A stretch of DNA of 64,000 bases, taken from Squalus acanthias. Taxonomy: Eukaryota. The stretch spans positions 102,550,001 through 102,614,000 of the forward strand of contig CM059431.1 of the NCBI GenBank assembly GCA_030390025.1, read 5' to 3'. The translations under genes were made by a program, and so were the position numbers. Positions 1 through 12,067 of the stretch are shown piece by piece; within the stretch, counting starts at the first letter, position 1, and every line of letters starts with the position of its first letter. The notes beneath the pieces are model-generated. The model was not told where the DNA came from and made no database searches. It saw only the letters and a program-made list of their open reading frames with translations.

Positions 1-16
1 TGGCGACCCAGACCTG

Positions 17-625
17 ATGCCGCGTGTGATGGGCGATGTCGCAGCTTCCATTGCAGCACAGGCAGAAGCCACGCAACATCTTAGTGCTGTAATGCAGGCT
101 ATGCTTGGTGCCATCGATTCTCAGACTGTTCTCATGCAGTCTCAGCTTGATGCCATGCAAGTTCTGACTGCTGCCATCGTGGCTGGGCTGACCACTTTCC
201 ACCGGGGCTTTCACAGTGTCGCAGCAGGCCAGCAATCTGTGCTTCAGCAGATTGGTAGTGATGCTGAGGTGCTGCCCCGGGGGAATGGCAGTGGGTCAGT
301 GGAGCAGTAACCTGCTGTCCTCTCTCAGGATGACAGCATTCCTGATCCCACCACTGCCACTCTGCCACTGCCCTTGTCGCTGCCTGTCATCCAGCCAGGC
401 CAGACTGCTGCCACCCATGCTGAGGTGGTGCAGTCTACAGCCGGGCCTTCCAGGCCCAGAGCTGGTCGAGGGCGTCCTGCAAGGCCATCTGAAGTCTCCT
501 GCACGGACACTCAGCAGCCTTCCACCCACCGTGCTGCAGCCACTGGGCCAACACTTCGTAGGAGCACTAGAGTAGGCAAAGGCACTGTAACGCAAAGCAC
601 TAAGGGATTGCACAAGGGTGAATAG
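17..625 (+). pseudogene. Probable C-terminal part of Harbinger accessory (Myb/SANT-associated) ORF
   Basis: ORFs 17-310 and 374-625 are in the same frame, split by one TAA at 308-310. The product is an Ala/Gln-rich helical segment followed by a Pro/Ser/Thr tail. It converges on the transposase 3' end, with an AT-rich spacer containing TTTATT. Confidence 0.55.
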
Positions 626-702
626 CTAATATTGTTGTAAATATGTGTTCACTGATTATTGATAAATTTATTAATTGGCTTTGGATGATTTTGTGGTGTC
701 TC

Positions 703-1286
703 TCATTTCAGCTTTGCGCTGTGATACGGCCTGCGACAGGGATGGAATGATGGGGATGTGGTGAGCAGCAAGGATCTGGGGTTTAATTTATTGGAACCGC
801 AGACCGCCCTTCCAGAAGGTCGATTGAGTGGCTGCCTCCTCTCCCGCTCCTGTTCCTCCTCCTCATTTTCCTCTTCCTCCTCATCCTTGTCCTCCTCCTC
901 CACTCCCTGTTCCTCCTCCTGAGGTGGTCCTGCAATCCCTGGTGGCAAGGGCTGGGCCCTCATGATGGCCAAGTTGTGCAGCATGCAGCAGGCCACGACA
1001 AAATGGGACACCCACTCCGGTGAGTACTGGAGGGCTTCTCCCGAGCGGTCAAGGCAGCAGAACCATTGCTTGAGCACCCTGATGGTCTGCTCGATGATGT
1101 TCCTGGTGGTGGCATGGCTCGCATTATACAAGTGCTGAGCACGAGTGCTGGGGTTGCGGAGAGGAATCATGAGCCAGGTGGAGAGCGGATAGCCCTTGTC
1201 TCCGACCAGCCAGCCGCGAGCTTGATGTGGTGGCTGGAAGAGTGCTGGCACAGGGGGAAGGCATCATGGCTGCTGCCAGGATAGCG
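703..1286 (-). pseudogene. Harbinger DDE transposase (DDE_Tnp_4/HARBI1-like), C-terminal fragment
   Basis: Motifs [10 protein letters not shown] (frameshifted, ~1257-1286), [26 protein letters not shown] and [10 protein letters not shown], followed by an acidic tail. Confidence 0.9.
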
Positions 1287-2296
1287 CCCCTGCCAGGCGC
1301 TAACGGGAGGTGCTAACCAACCGAATTTCTCCTCCGTAACATTTAACCCCTTTTGCCTTTTCCTTTTTTCTGCCTAGTGTTGTGACTAATCCCAGGTTAG
1401 GAATCCTGTGGCTCCATGGTGCAGTTCAGCAGAGAACTGATGCATCATACAGTGTACAATCATAGAAATTGATGGCACAGAAGGAGGACATTCGGCCCAT
1501 CGTGTCTAGGGGGAGGGGTGGTGGGAGGTGGGTGGTGGGAATTGGGGAAGGCAGGAACATTTAGGAGGGGATTTTGCAGGGGGGGTCAGCGGGCACGATC
1601 GGTGGTGGGTCGGGTGGGAAAAAATTTTTTTTGACAGTGGGTTGGGACCCCGCTGTCAACCCGCCACCACGCGCCTTTACCAAATGTTGGGTCTGCCAGC
1701 GCTGAGCAGACCCAACACGCAGCGGCGGGGGAGGCAATTAAAAATCATTAGTGGCTTGTTTACAGCCACTTAACATGTTTTTTCCCAGCTTTTTGAATTT
1801 GACAGGTCGCCCACCGGTTTCCCGCTGTGCCTGGACCTCGTCTGAAAAGCTGAGGCAGGAGGTCACTTGCCATTGAATCAGCTGATGAGTTGACAGCTTC
1901 AAATGTCAAGTCAAAGCTCCCAGCTGATTGAGAAATGTTCCCTTAACCACTAGCTTCTCTAAACTGCATTTCCACTACAGATTCAGAATGCTGCAAGTCT
2001 TTACACAAGTCTCCATCCAGTCTGACCTCATTACCTCTCCCACCATTGACAGATCACTTCTGTCATCTCTACTTCACCTGCCATCTATTCCATCAGCATG
2101 GGTGCCCTTGAAACTCTTTCACCTTGGTCCTCAGAATCCCACCACGATCAGCCCCAACACCAACATCACCAGGCATACCAGCAGCACCAACAACAACACC
2201 AACTTTCTCCGCAATCAACTGATGCTGCACAGGACACAGGGCATCAGCACCCGACTACATTGCTGCCCGGGAGGCCAGGGATGGCCTCACCATGGC

Positions 2297-2725
2297 CATA
2301 GAAACATAGAATCTAGAAGCAGGAGTAGGCCATTCGGCCCGTCGAGCCTGCTCCACCATTCAATACGATCATGGCTGATCATCCAAATCCAATACCCTGT
2401 CCCTGCTTTAATCCCCACAGTACACATATCCCACCCTACCCCCATAACCCCACGTATTTAATTCCCCCTAACATATCCCATCCTATCCCCATAACCCCAC
2501 ATATTTAATCCCCCCTTAACACTAAGGGTCAATTTATCATAGCCAAATCAACCTAACCCGCACATTTTTGGACTGTGGGAGGAAACCGGAGCACCCGGAG
2601 GAAACCCACGCAGACACGGGGAGAATGTGCAAACTCCACACAGACAGTCACCCGAGGTCAGATTCGAACCCGGGTCTCTGGCGCTGTGAGGCAGCAGTGC
2701 TAACCACTATGCCACCGTGTTGCCC
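2297..2725 (-). mobile_element. HE1-type V-SINE (tRNA head, V-domain, CR1-derived tail)
   Basis: Reverse complement starts GGGCAACACGGTGGCATAGTGG (A box) and has GGGTTCGAATC (B box) and the V-domain TGTGTGGAGTTTGCACATTCTCCCCGTGTCTGCGTGGGTTTCC. It ends in a CR1-like tail with CTATGTTT repeats. Confidence 0.9.
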
Positions 2726-3159
2726 GTATATACTTCACTTGACGATGTACACCCTGGCTGCCACATGATGCGCCAGGTTGGCACCACCCCACGCCAACAC
2801 CATAAAGCATCCCTACAATGCACAAGCCATCCCTTTCACACTCATCACCATTGCAGGGGGTATCGTTATGTCTCACCATTCACTGCAACTCACTAAGCCA
2901 CTTCCAAAGGTGCACAGACATCTGTCCAAGAACGCAAAATGTGCGTTGTTAGTTGGTATGATTGCACTAGGATGAAGGTGAGTGCGAGGGGTGGCTAGTG
3001 AGATGGGGATGTGGTAATGTAGATAGAGAGGGATGGGTGGAGGTGCAAGGTAAGTTGGTGTGAGTAAGGATTTGCAAGAGTAAGGTAGGGAAGGCAGAGT
3101 GTTGGGGATGTGATGAGAGACACAGCAAGATGAGGTTGAGTGTGGCTGTGTACTAACGT

Positions 3160-3330
3160 TTCACGATCTACTGAGATCTACTGACCACATCCCTGCTTGT
3201 GTCCTCCTCTGCAATGTGCAACCAGGCTGTGTTGATCTCCTAGGGAGGTCTCTTCCGCTCATGGGAAGGGAAGAGGACCTCCCTGTGTGTTGGGGAGAGC
3301 CTGGATGTAGCCCTGCACCTCTGTGCAGTG
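3160..3330 (-). pseudogene. Myb/SANT-like DNA-binding domain remnant of Harbinger accessory gene
   Basis: Minus-strand translation HREVLFPSHERKRPP*EINTAWLHIAEE resembles the VLFP...AW..VA pattern of Harbinger Myb/SANT proteins. It has an in-frame stop. Confidence 0.6.
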
Positions 3331-3732
3331 CTTGTCAGCGTTTGCGGCACCTCAATGCTGAAGAACACCGACAGCACGACTGTCAAATTAAAGTTAGCCG
3401 TAGTCCCTTTAAGGAAACCGGCTGAGGACGTCATCAGACCCGCTTCCTTCAATTGGCCGGGAAACTCACTGGGCGGGCTTAACAGGCCCGATCACAGTAA
3501 ATTCATTCCACAGAGCGGGCTGGAGCCGGCAGTGGGGCCGGGACCCGCCACCGACGTCGCCCGCCACGGACCCGCCGAGGTTGGTAAAAATCCAGCCCTT
3601 ACTGAGGGACTGGCAGAGGCAGGAATCAAACACTTTCCACCGCTATACCACCCAATACTGAATGGTACAGCAAAGGAAATCCAGCCCTGTGGTCTTTCAA
3701 AGCCGTAATAAACTGCAGACTTGCCCGAACTA

Positions 3733-3935
3733 TACAACAACATCTTGCACCTTTAATGCAGTGAACCGTCCCGCGGCGCTTCACGGGAGCGATTATCAAA
3801 CAACATTCGACACCGAGTCAGATAAGCAGAAATTAGGGACAGGTGGTCAAAAGCTTGGTCAAAGAGGTAGGTTTTAAGGAGCATCTTAAAGGAGAACAGA
3901 AGAGAGGGAGGCGGAGAGACGGAGAGGTTTAGGGA
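3733..3935 (-). mobile_element. L2 LINE 3' end fragment
   Basis: Matches the L2 3' ends at 43500-43695 and 55862-56100 (GACACCGAG...AAAAGCTTGGTCAAAGAGGTAGGTTTTAAGGAGC), with an (AAC)n tail. Confidence 0.8.
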
Positions 3936-4719
3936 CCAAACTCTCCTTTATCAGCAGACTGTTTACAAACAGACTGCCTCACAAAATTGAGACGGCGCCA
4001 TTACTCAAGAGCACGGAATGAAAGAATGGCACATGGGCCTACTCCTTCCAGTCGACCATTAACAAACCACACGTTCATGGACCTGCCAATTTATTTAATC
4101 TCCGGAGTTACAAGATGAACTACAGATAAAAAAAAAACTATTTTCTCTTCTTTAGAGAAAGTAGCGAAATTTCTCACTGACTCTTGAAGCTAATCAAAGG
4201 AAATTAGCAGGAAACCAAACAAGACACACTATTTAACGCTGATCTGCTGCATTTCACAGAAGATGCTCTCATGGTCTCTGCAAGACTGGGTTCATACTGT
4301 TCCAGAGCTTTGGACCAACAACGTTTGTATTTAGCCTATAATCTTCAATACCTTTCATAGTCAGGCACTTATCTTTTAGGAAGATAAGTGCTAACTCGCT
4401 TTGATTGGAATCTATTCTACATACCACTGTGGCCAAAAAAAAACCCCTTCTAATCTCCAGTCTAATCTAAGGTTGGTCAATTGTACATGGATGTTTCCAA
4501 GTGTTTGGGGCAGTTTCTAACTTTCCTAATGCTGATGTTGGCTGTTTAGGCTAGCGTAACAGTGAGTCACTAACGGAGGAAACTGCTGTTTGATTGTTTC
4601 TTCCCATTGGGAATGGATTATTCTCCACTTTTATGCACATCAATCCCAGGATAACAGGCCTAAACTCGGTACAGCACAGGTTACGTACAGAGTGAGATGG
4701 CTTTATGCTCTTCTCGCAG

Positions 4720-5178
4720 TTCTTCCTTCAGCTGCCTCAGCCCTAAAGCTCTGGAATTTCCTCCCTCAACCTCTCCACTTCTCTACCTCACTCAACAACA
4801 AAAACTTAGATTTATACAGCGCCTTTAACGTAGCAAAACGTCACAAGCTGCTTAACAAGAGCGATATCAATAAAAACATTTTTGACACCGAGCCACAGAA
4901 GGAGATATCAGGACAGGTGACCAAAAGCTTGGTCAAAGATGTAGGTTTTAAGGAGCGTCTTAAAGGAGGAGAAAGAGGTAGAGAGGCGGAGAGGTTTAGG
5001 GAGGGAATTCCAGAGCTTAGGGCCCAGGCAGCTGGAGGCACGGCCACCAATGGTGGAGCGATGAAAATCTGGGATGAGCAAGAGGCCAGAATTGGAGGAG
5101 CGCCGAGATCTCAAAGGCTTGTCGGGCTGGAGGAGGTTAAGAGATCCTTTAAGTTGTTCCTTAAAACCTACCTCTTTG
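4720..5178 (-). mobile_element. L2 LINE 3' fragments (minus-strand copy 4792-5140 inside a short plus-strand L2 piece)
   Basis: Translation LLIPDFHRSTIGGRASSCLGPKLWNSLP...FKTLLKTYIF is the L2 ORF2 C-terminus. Confidence 0.8.
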
Positions 5179-5179
5179 C

Positions 5180-5853
5180 CCTGCGCTGATGCCCTCTGTC
5201 CTGTGCAGCATCAGGGCATTGAGGAGAAGGTTGGTGTTGTTGTTGTTCTTGCTGCTGGTGTTGGGGGTCATCGTGGTCAGATTCAGAGGACCAAGGTGAG
5301 ACAGTTTAAATGGCACCCGTGCTGATGGAATAGATGGCAGGTGAAGTAGAGATGACAGAAGCAATCTGTCAATGGTAAGAGAGTTTCTTCCAATGAGGTG
5401 AGACTGGATGGAGACTTTGCTGGAAAGACTTGCAGGCTGCAGCAAGCTCAATCTGTGCTGGCGATGCAGTGAGCAACAGCTTCTGCCCGAGGAAAGTGAT
5501 CAGCTGTCAGGTGGGAGCTTTTATAGTACATTGGATGCTGTCAACTAATCAGCTGGATCAATGGCCACTCAACTCCTGCCTCAGGTTGACAGACGTGGTC
5601 CCCGAGAAGCGTGAGTCCTGTGGGCATCCAGTGAAATTGGAAAGGTAAGGTTAAGAAGACTCTTTAGGGTCTGACAACAAGCTAATAATCCTTTAAAGTA
5701 GGTCGCCCGCCTCTGCCAGTCGGCTCACTGCCACGCTGACAGACGCGGCCGAGGGTGGGATGATGGCGGGTTCCCGACCCGCTGCAAGAAATTTCAACTT
5801 TCCCACCAACCCCCTCCGATCACGCCCGCATGGACCCCAGAAAATTTTGGCCT
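5180..5853 (-). mobile_element. Harbinger terminal fragment, inverted relative of 1564-2260
   Basis: Reverse complement aligns by eye to 1570-2250 (shared TIDR.LLSSLLHLPSIPSA.VP.KL translation). It ends in a TIR-like AAAATTTTGGCC. Confidence 0.7.
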
Positions 5854-5859
5854 ATGTCC

Positions 5860-6522
5860 CTATTTATAACTCTCCAAAACTGTTGACCTTTTCGTAGCTT
5901 TATCTATCTGCACTCACACTTTCAGGGGATTCTGTATTTGAAACCATAGGTCTCTCTGTTCATCCACACCCATCGGCGTCTTTCTATTGAGTGTGTACTC
6001 CCATTCATCATTTGTGCACCCGCAATGTACTACTTCACACTTATCCACTTTAAATTGCATCTGCCACCTGCCTGCCCATCCTGCTAACCTGTCTATGTCT
6101 TCCTGATGTCTTTTACAGTCCGCCACACTCTTTACCAAACTTCCTACTTTTGTGTCATCAGAAAGTTTTGCGATTGTGTTCACTCTACCCAAGACAAAAT
6201 CATCTATAAATACAGAGGACAACAGTGGAGTCACGACCGCATCCCGGATACACCACCTCCAACTCTTCTCCGACCTGAGCAACACTCATTTGCCCTAACT
6301 CGGTATCCTGTCTGCCAACCAACCTTCTAGCCATGCTGCTACATTCTCTCTTAGGTCAAATGTCTGAATTTCTCTCCAGCCACGCATTCATCTGCTCTAT
6401 CCTCCTATTTCTATCCTCACTCACACGTGATACCGGGAGTAATCCGGAGATTACTACATTTGAGGTCCTGCTTTTTAATCTCTTTCCTAGCTCCCTAAAA
6501 TCTGCCTGCAGGATCTCATCCT
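5860..6522 (-). mobile_element. CR1 fragments (RT C-terminal part 5860-6330; ORF1 esterase part 6330-6522)
   Basis: Translations KLSDDTKVG...WQMQFKVDKCEVVH and LKSRTSNVVISGLLPV...MNAWL. Confidence 0.8.
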
Positions 6523-6738
6523 GGTTTATGGAGTTAAGAGTGGTCTGCACAGAGTGTTTTAAACGGAGTGGAGAGAGTGGGAATTCGGAGCAGAGGGAGA
6601 AGGAGTTGCTGCTTTTTGCCTGCAATACTTGGAGTGGTTTGTGTAACAGGTAATTATTTAATTTAATCCACCTATAACTTAAACTAGATGAAGTAATTAG
6701 TTAAAAAAATAAACTATAAGCTAAGTTAATTAAATACT

Positions 6739-7611
6739 TAGCTAGAAGTTTGGCATCGCCTCGTTTGGGGCGCTAACTTTTGAAAAGTAGGAAATGTAGC
6801 TGACATGAATCTTGTCATTCATGTGGAAATGACTTATGACATAATACTGGGCGGCCTGCTGGTGGCGCTGTCCAGGGAGAGTATAAATACTCGGACATGG
6901 GCCCAGCTTGCTCAGGACATTCTTTAACAGGAACTAGTGAAGGACACAACTAGATCTCCATGTTGTAAAACAGTTGATTAAAGCTTTGTTTAACGCTTAG
7001 ACCAAGTGCCTAGTAGTTTTCTTACGTCAGTAGCGCCAGGCGCTAATGATACTCTCCTGCCGGGAAATTCAGCTTTAGCGCTCCAAGAGGGAAGCGGAGC
7101 GCTAAATCAAGCGCCAACCACTTCTCTTAGGGCGTTAAAGTGCGAGAGCAGGGCAGTAGCGGCAGAGTGCTGAACAATTTGGAGCGCATTGCTAACGGCA
7201 TCGGAGGCTGCTTCCCTCGCTTAAAGGGAAGGGCCAATGATGGTGCACAACCTACTTGTCGGCAGGTCTGCGTTGCAAAGCGACCTGGGCGACTGCCGTT
7301 ACAGCCCCGAACACTCTCACAAAGTGGAGGGCTCGGACATCTCGCAGCAACGAAACATCCAAAACTTTCAGCAGGCACCAGACCGGCGTTACAGCAATTT
7401 CACATCCGGGGCGGTAACGGGGCGCTGCGCACTTTGTGACGTCACGATCTGCGAGGCGCTAGAGGCCCAGGCGGTAAGTGTTAGCGCCAGCGTTAAACCA
7501 GCACTGAAGTTCACGGGCGTCGCTACATTCGCCGTGCCTGGTCGCTAACCCCTTAGCACCCCCTTCCCTCAGGCGCTATCAGGAGGTGCTAACCAACCAA
7601 ATTTCTCCCCC
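6739..7611. mobile_element. Harbinger-type MITE (same family as 16079-16845, opposite orientation)
   Basis: Right end ...AAATTTCTCCCCC. Internal motifs (CCCTCGCTTAAAGGGAAGGGCC, GCGCTAAATCAAGC) are the reverse complement of motifs in 16079-16845. The left TIR is degenerate. Confidence 0.75.
6801..7029 (+). mobile_element. Solo LTR (229 bp)
   Basis: Inverted termini TGACAT...ACGTCA and a perfect 5-bp TSD GTAGC (6796-6800, 7030-7034). A TATAAA near 6882 is followed by ATTAAA near 6977. Confidence 0.8.
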
Positions 7612-7650
7612 ATGAACTCTAATTAATTAAATAAATAAAACAAGGTTATA

Positions 7651-8602
7651 ATGGGGATGGCAGTGCAGGTGGTGTGCCACAACTGCAGCATGTGGGAGTT
7701 TGTGGAGCGCATCGTGATCCCGGATGACCATATCTGCAGTAAATGTCTCCATCTCGAGGAACTTCAGCTCAGAGTTGATGAGCTGGAGTCCGAGGTGCAG
7801 ACATTGCGGGGCATCATGGAGGGGGAGAGTTATCTAGACACTTTGATCCAGGAGGCAGTCACACCCCTTAGGTTAGGTAGTGGTACAGGTCTGGTTAGTG
7901 GTCAGGGCCAGGAGGGTGTGACTGCAACTCAGGCAGGTAAGGGGACCCTAGGTGCAGTGCTGGAGGAGCCTTTGCCCTTATCCAACAGGTATGAGGTTCT
8001 TGCTGCCTGTGTGGATGTGGGAAAAGTCTGTAGGGTGGGTGAGCAAACTGACCACGGCACCGTGGTACAGGAGGCCATTCAAGTGGGGGGAGTGAAAAGG
8101 AATGTTGTGATGGTAGGGGACTTATATTCAGGGGGATAGATACTGTTCAATGTAGCCATGACCGCGAGTTCCGAAGGCTGTGTTGCCTGCCCGGTGCCAG
8201 GGTTAACGATATCTCCTTGCGCTGGAGAAGAACTTGGAGGGGGAGGAATCCAGTTGTCGTGGTCCACATAGGAACCAACGACATAGGTAGAACTGGAATG
8301 AAGTTCTGCTGAGAGAGTTTGAGGAGCTCGGGGCCAAATTAAAAAGCAGAACCTCAAAGGAAGTAATCTGTGGATTGTTACCTGAGCCATGCGCAAACTG
8401 GCATAGGGTCAAGCAGATCAGAGAGATAAAAGCGTGGCTCAAAGAATGGTGTGGGAGGAAGTAGTTTCGATTGATGGGGCACTGGCATCAGTACTGGGGA
8501 AAGAGGGAGCTGTTCCGCTGGGATGGGCTCCACTTAAACTGGGCTGGGACCAGTGTCCTGGTGAATTGAATAACTAGGGCTGTAGATAGGGCTTTAAACT
8601 AA
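7651..8602 (+). pseudogene. CR1 ORF1 (zinc finger, coiled coil, SGNH esterase), frameshifted
   Basis: CHNC...HICSKC, then a heptad region LEELQLRVDELESEVQTL, VVMVGD, and downstream VHIGTND and WDGLHLN motifs in shifted frames. Confidence 0.85.
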
Positions 8603-9086
8603 AAAGTGGAGTGGGTCAGGTGAGGGTAAATTTAGAAATCTAAGAAAAGTCATGGCAATGGAGCAGTGTAGAGATCTGGGTAAAGATAAGCAGAGTGTGA
8701 CAGGAAGGGACAGAGAGTTTAATGGTAATAGTGCATCAGCGAATAAGATGAAAGCAGGGAATAATGATAAAACGTTAAAATTAAAGGTTCTTTACCTGAA
8801 TGCGCAAAGCATTCGTAACAAGATAGATGAATTAGTGGCACAAATAGAGATAAATGGCTTTGATATAATAGCCATTACAGAGATGTGGTTGCAAGGTGGC
8901 CAAGGTTGGGAACTGAATGTTCCAGGGTACTTGACGTTTCAAAAAGACAGGCAGATGGAAAAGGAGGGGGAGTAGCCCTGATAATAAAGGATGACATAAG
9001 GACAGTAGAGAGAAAGGATCTAAGCTCAGAAGATCAGGAAGTATAATCAGTATGGGTGGAGATAAGAAATAACAAGGGGCAGAAAT

Positions 9087-12067
9087 ACATAGATACATAG
9101 ATACATAGAAGATAGGAGCAGGAGTAGGCCATCCGGCCCTTCGAGCCTGCTCCGCCATTTAATGAGATCATGGCTGATCCTCCAATTCAGTATCCCGTCC
9201 CCGCCTTCTCTCCGTAACCCTTAACCCCTTTTGCCTGTAGAAATATATCTAATTCCCTCTTAAATATATTTAATGAGCTGGCGTACACTGCCCTCTGTGG
9301 CAATGAGTTCCACAGGTTCACCACCCTCTGAGTGAAGAAATTCCCCCTCATTTCTGTCCTAAATGGTTTAGCCCTTATCCTTAAATTATGTCCTCTAGTT
9401 CTGTTCTCACCCGCCAAGGGAAACATTCCTTCTGCATCTAGTCTGTCTAGACCTGTCAGAATTTTATACACTTCTATGAGGTCCCCTCTCAATCTTCTAA
9501 ACTCCAGTGTGTACATCCCTAAACTACATAGTCTCTCCTCATAGGTCAATCCCGCCATTCCTGGTATCAGCCTGGTGAATCGCCGCTGCACCCCCTCCAT
9601 GGCAAGAACATCTTTCCTCAGATGAGGCGACCAAAACTGTACACAGTACTCGAGGTGTGGTCTCACCAGTGCCCTGTACAGCTGCAGCAAGGTATCCCTG
9701 TTCCTGTATTCCAACCCTTTTGCTTTGAAGGCCAGCATACCGTTTGCCTTCTTGACCGCCTGTTGCACCTGCATGCTCGCCTTCAGTGACTGGTGTACAA
9801 GAACACCCAGGTCTCTCTGTACTTCCCCCTCTCCCAATTTATTGCCATTTAAATAATAATTTGCCCTCCCGTTCCTGCACCCACGGTGGATAACTTCGCA
9901 CTTGTCCACATTATAGTGCATCTGCCATTTATCCGCCCAATCACCCAGTCTGTCCAAATCGCTCTGGAGCTTCCTGGTCTCCTCCTCTGAGCCCACCCCC
10001 CCTCCTAGTTTAGTGTCGTCTGCAAATTTGGAAATGCTGCATCCGACTCCCTGATCCAGGTCATTAATGTAAATTGTGAACAGCTGGGGACCCAGGACAG
10101 ATCCCTGTGGTACCCCACTTGTTACTGCCGGCCATTCAGAAAATGAGCCGTTTATTCCAACTCTCTGTTTTCTATCTGACAGCCAGTTCTCTATCCACGT
10201 CAATACTTTCCCCTTTATCCCATGAGCTTCAATTTTCCATGCTAATCTTTTATGTGGGACCTTATCGAAGGCCTTTTGGAAGTCCAGGTACACCAGATCT
10301 ACTGGCTTTCCCCCATCTATTTTACCAGTTACTCCCTCAAAAAATTCCAATAGATTAGTCAAGCACGATTTACCCTTTGTAAATCCATGTTGACTCTGTC
10401 CTATCCTGTCCCCATTTGCTAAGTGCTCCGCTATTTCATCCTTAATGATGGACTCCAGCATTTTGCCCACAACTGATGTAAGGCTTACAGGTCTGTAATT
10501 ACCTGCTTTTTCCCTACCCCCCTTTTTGAATAGTGGGGTAACGTTAGCTACCCTCCAATCCATGGGCACTGTTCCCGAGTCAAATGAATTCTGAAAAATC
10601 ATACTTAGTGCATCCGCTATCTCTAGGGCCACCTCCTTCAGTACCCTAGGATGCATGTTATCAGGCCCTGGGGATTTGTCCGCCTTCAATCCCTTTAGCT
10701 TCCTTAACACCATATCCTTAGAGATATTGATTTGCGTCAGTTCCTCCTTTGCCAATGTCCCTATTTTTCCCGATATCCCAGGGAGGTTTTTTGTGTCTTC
10801 CTTCGTAAAGACTGACCCAAAGTATGCATTTAGTTGGTCTGCCATTTCCTTATTTCCCGTTATATATTCCCCCGTATCTGACTGCAATGGACCAACTTTG
10901 GTTTTCACCAGTCTTTTCCTCTTGATATACTTATAAAAGCTTTTGGAGTTAGTTTTTATATTTTCCGCCAGCTTGCTTTCGTAAGTTATTTTGCCCCTCT
11001 TGATTAAGCCCTTTGTCCTCCTTTGCTCTATCTTAAACTGTTCCCAATCTTCCGCTCTGGCGCTTTTTTTGGCTATTTTATACGCCCTATCTTTGGATTT
11101 TATGCTGTCTCTAATTTCCCCTGTTATCCACGGTTGAGTCACCTTTTTAGATTTCCTTTTATGCCAGATTGGTATAAACAATTTTTGCAATTTTGTCATT
11201 CTATCTTTAAATGCTTGCCATTGTTTATCTACCTCCAGTCCTCCCAGGAACGTTGTCCAATCAGACCTACTCAGTTCCCGTCTAATGGCATCATAATTCC
11301 CCTTGTTTAAATTCAGGACCTTAGTCTCTGAGTCAATTTCTTCGCTCTCCATTTCGAGTGAGAAATCGATCATGTTATGATCGCTCTGACCCAAGGGTCC
11401 CCGTACAACAAGATTACTAATTAGTCCCTTCTCATTGCACAGTACCCAGTCCAATATAGCCTGTTCCCGAGTTGGTTCCTCGACATATTGATCCAGATAA
11501 CCATCCCTTAAACACTCAAGGAATTCCTCCTCCTCATTATTTTTACTGATTAGGCTAGCCCAATCTATATGTAAGTTAAAGTCACCTATGATGACAGCTG
11601 TGCTCTTATTGCACGCTTCTCTAATTTCCCTCGTGATGCCCTCCCCAACCTCTATTTTACTATTTGGAGGCCTATATACCACTCCTAATAATGTTTTTCG
11701 CCCCTCGCTATTTCTTAGCTCCACCCATATAGATTCTGTATTAACTGAGTTAATATCCTTCCTTTCAATTGCATTTATCCCCTCTTTTACCAGCAATGCT
11801 ACCCCTCCTCCCTTTCTTTTTTGTCGATCCTTCCTAAATACTGAATACCCCTGTATGTTAAGCTCCCAGCCCTGCTCACCCTGCAACCATGTTTCCGTAA
11901 TCCCAATTAGATCATAATTATTAACCTCTATTTCCACAGCTAATTCATCTACCTTGTTCCTGATGCTTCTCGCATTAAGGTATAAAACCCTCAGGCTTTT
12001 TTTATGCTCACATTTTTTATGAATTAGTTTGGCCCTTTGTTTTTTGTTCCTCACCCTTATACCATTT
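9087..12067 (-). mobile_element. 5'-truncated CR1 LINE with uninterrupted ORF2
   Basis: (CTATGTAT)n 8-bp tail at 9087-9108. The host CR1 frame rejoins across the insertion as KGQK|SLVGVVY. Confidence 0.92.
9187..12067 (-). CDS. CR1 ORF2: APE endonuclease plus reverse transcriptase (open frame; native start lost to truncation)
   Basis: About 960 open codons containing [55 protein letters not shown] and WNSLP. Confidence 0.9.

Larger units (their letters stand above)
1..1335. mobile_element. PIF/Harbinger DNA transposon, right part (internally deleted; continues left of window)
   Basis: Two convergent ORF remnants (17-625 + and 703-1286 -). The transposase remnant is fused directly to a terminus ending ...GGTGCTAACCAACCGAATTTCTCCTCC, which matches the MITE ends at 7611 and 16079. 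Confidence 0.8.
1564..3598. mobile_element. Non-autonomous PIF/Harbinger element
   Basis: Degenerate TIRs GGAGGGGATTTT / AAAATCCAGCCC, flanked by TTA at 1561-1563 and 3599-3601. Contains a Myb/SANT remnant and a nested SINE. Confidence 0.75.

Noticed and set aside
703..1251. Domesticated host gene HARBI1
   Set aside because: The ORF is truncated and frameshifted, and lies next to a TIR and a convergent accessory ORF, so it is a transposon relic.
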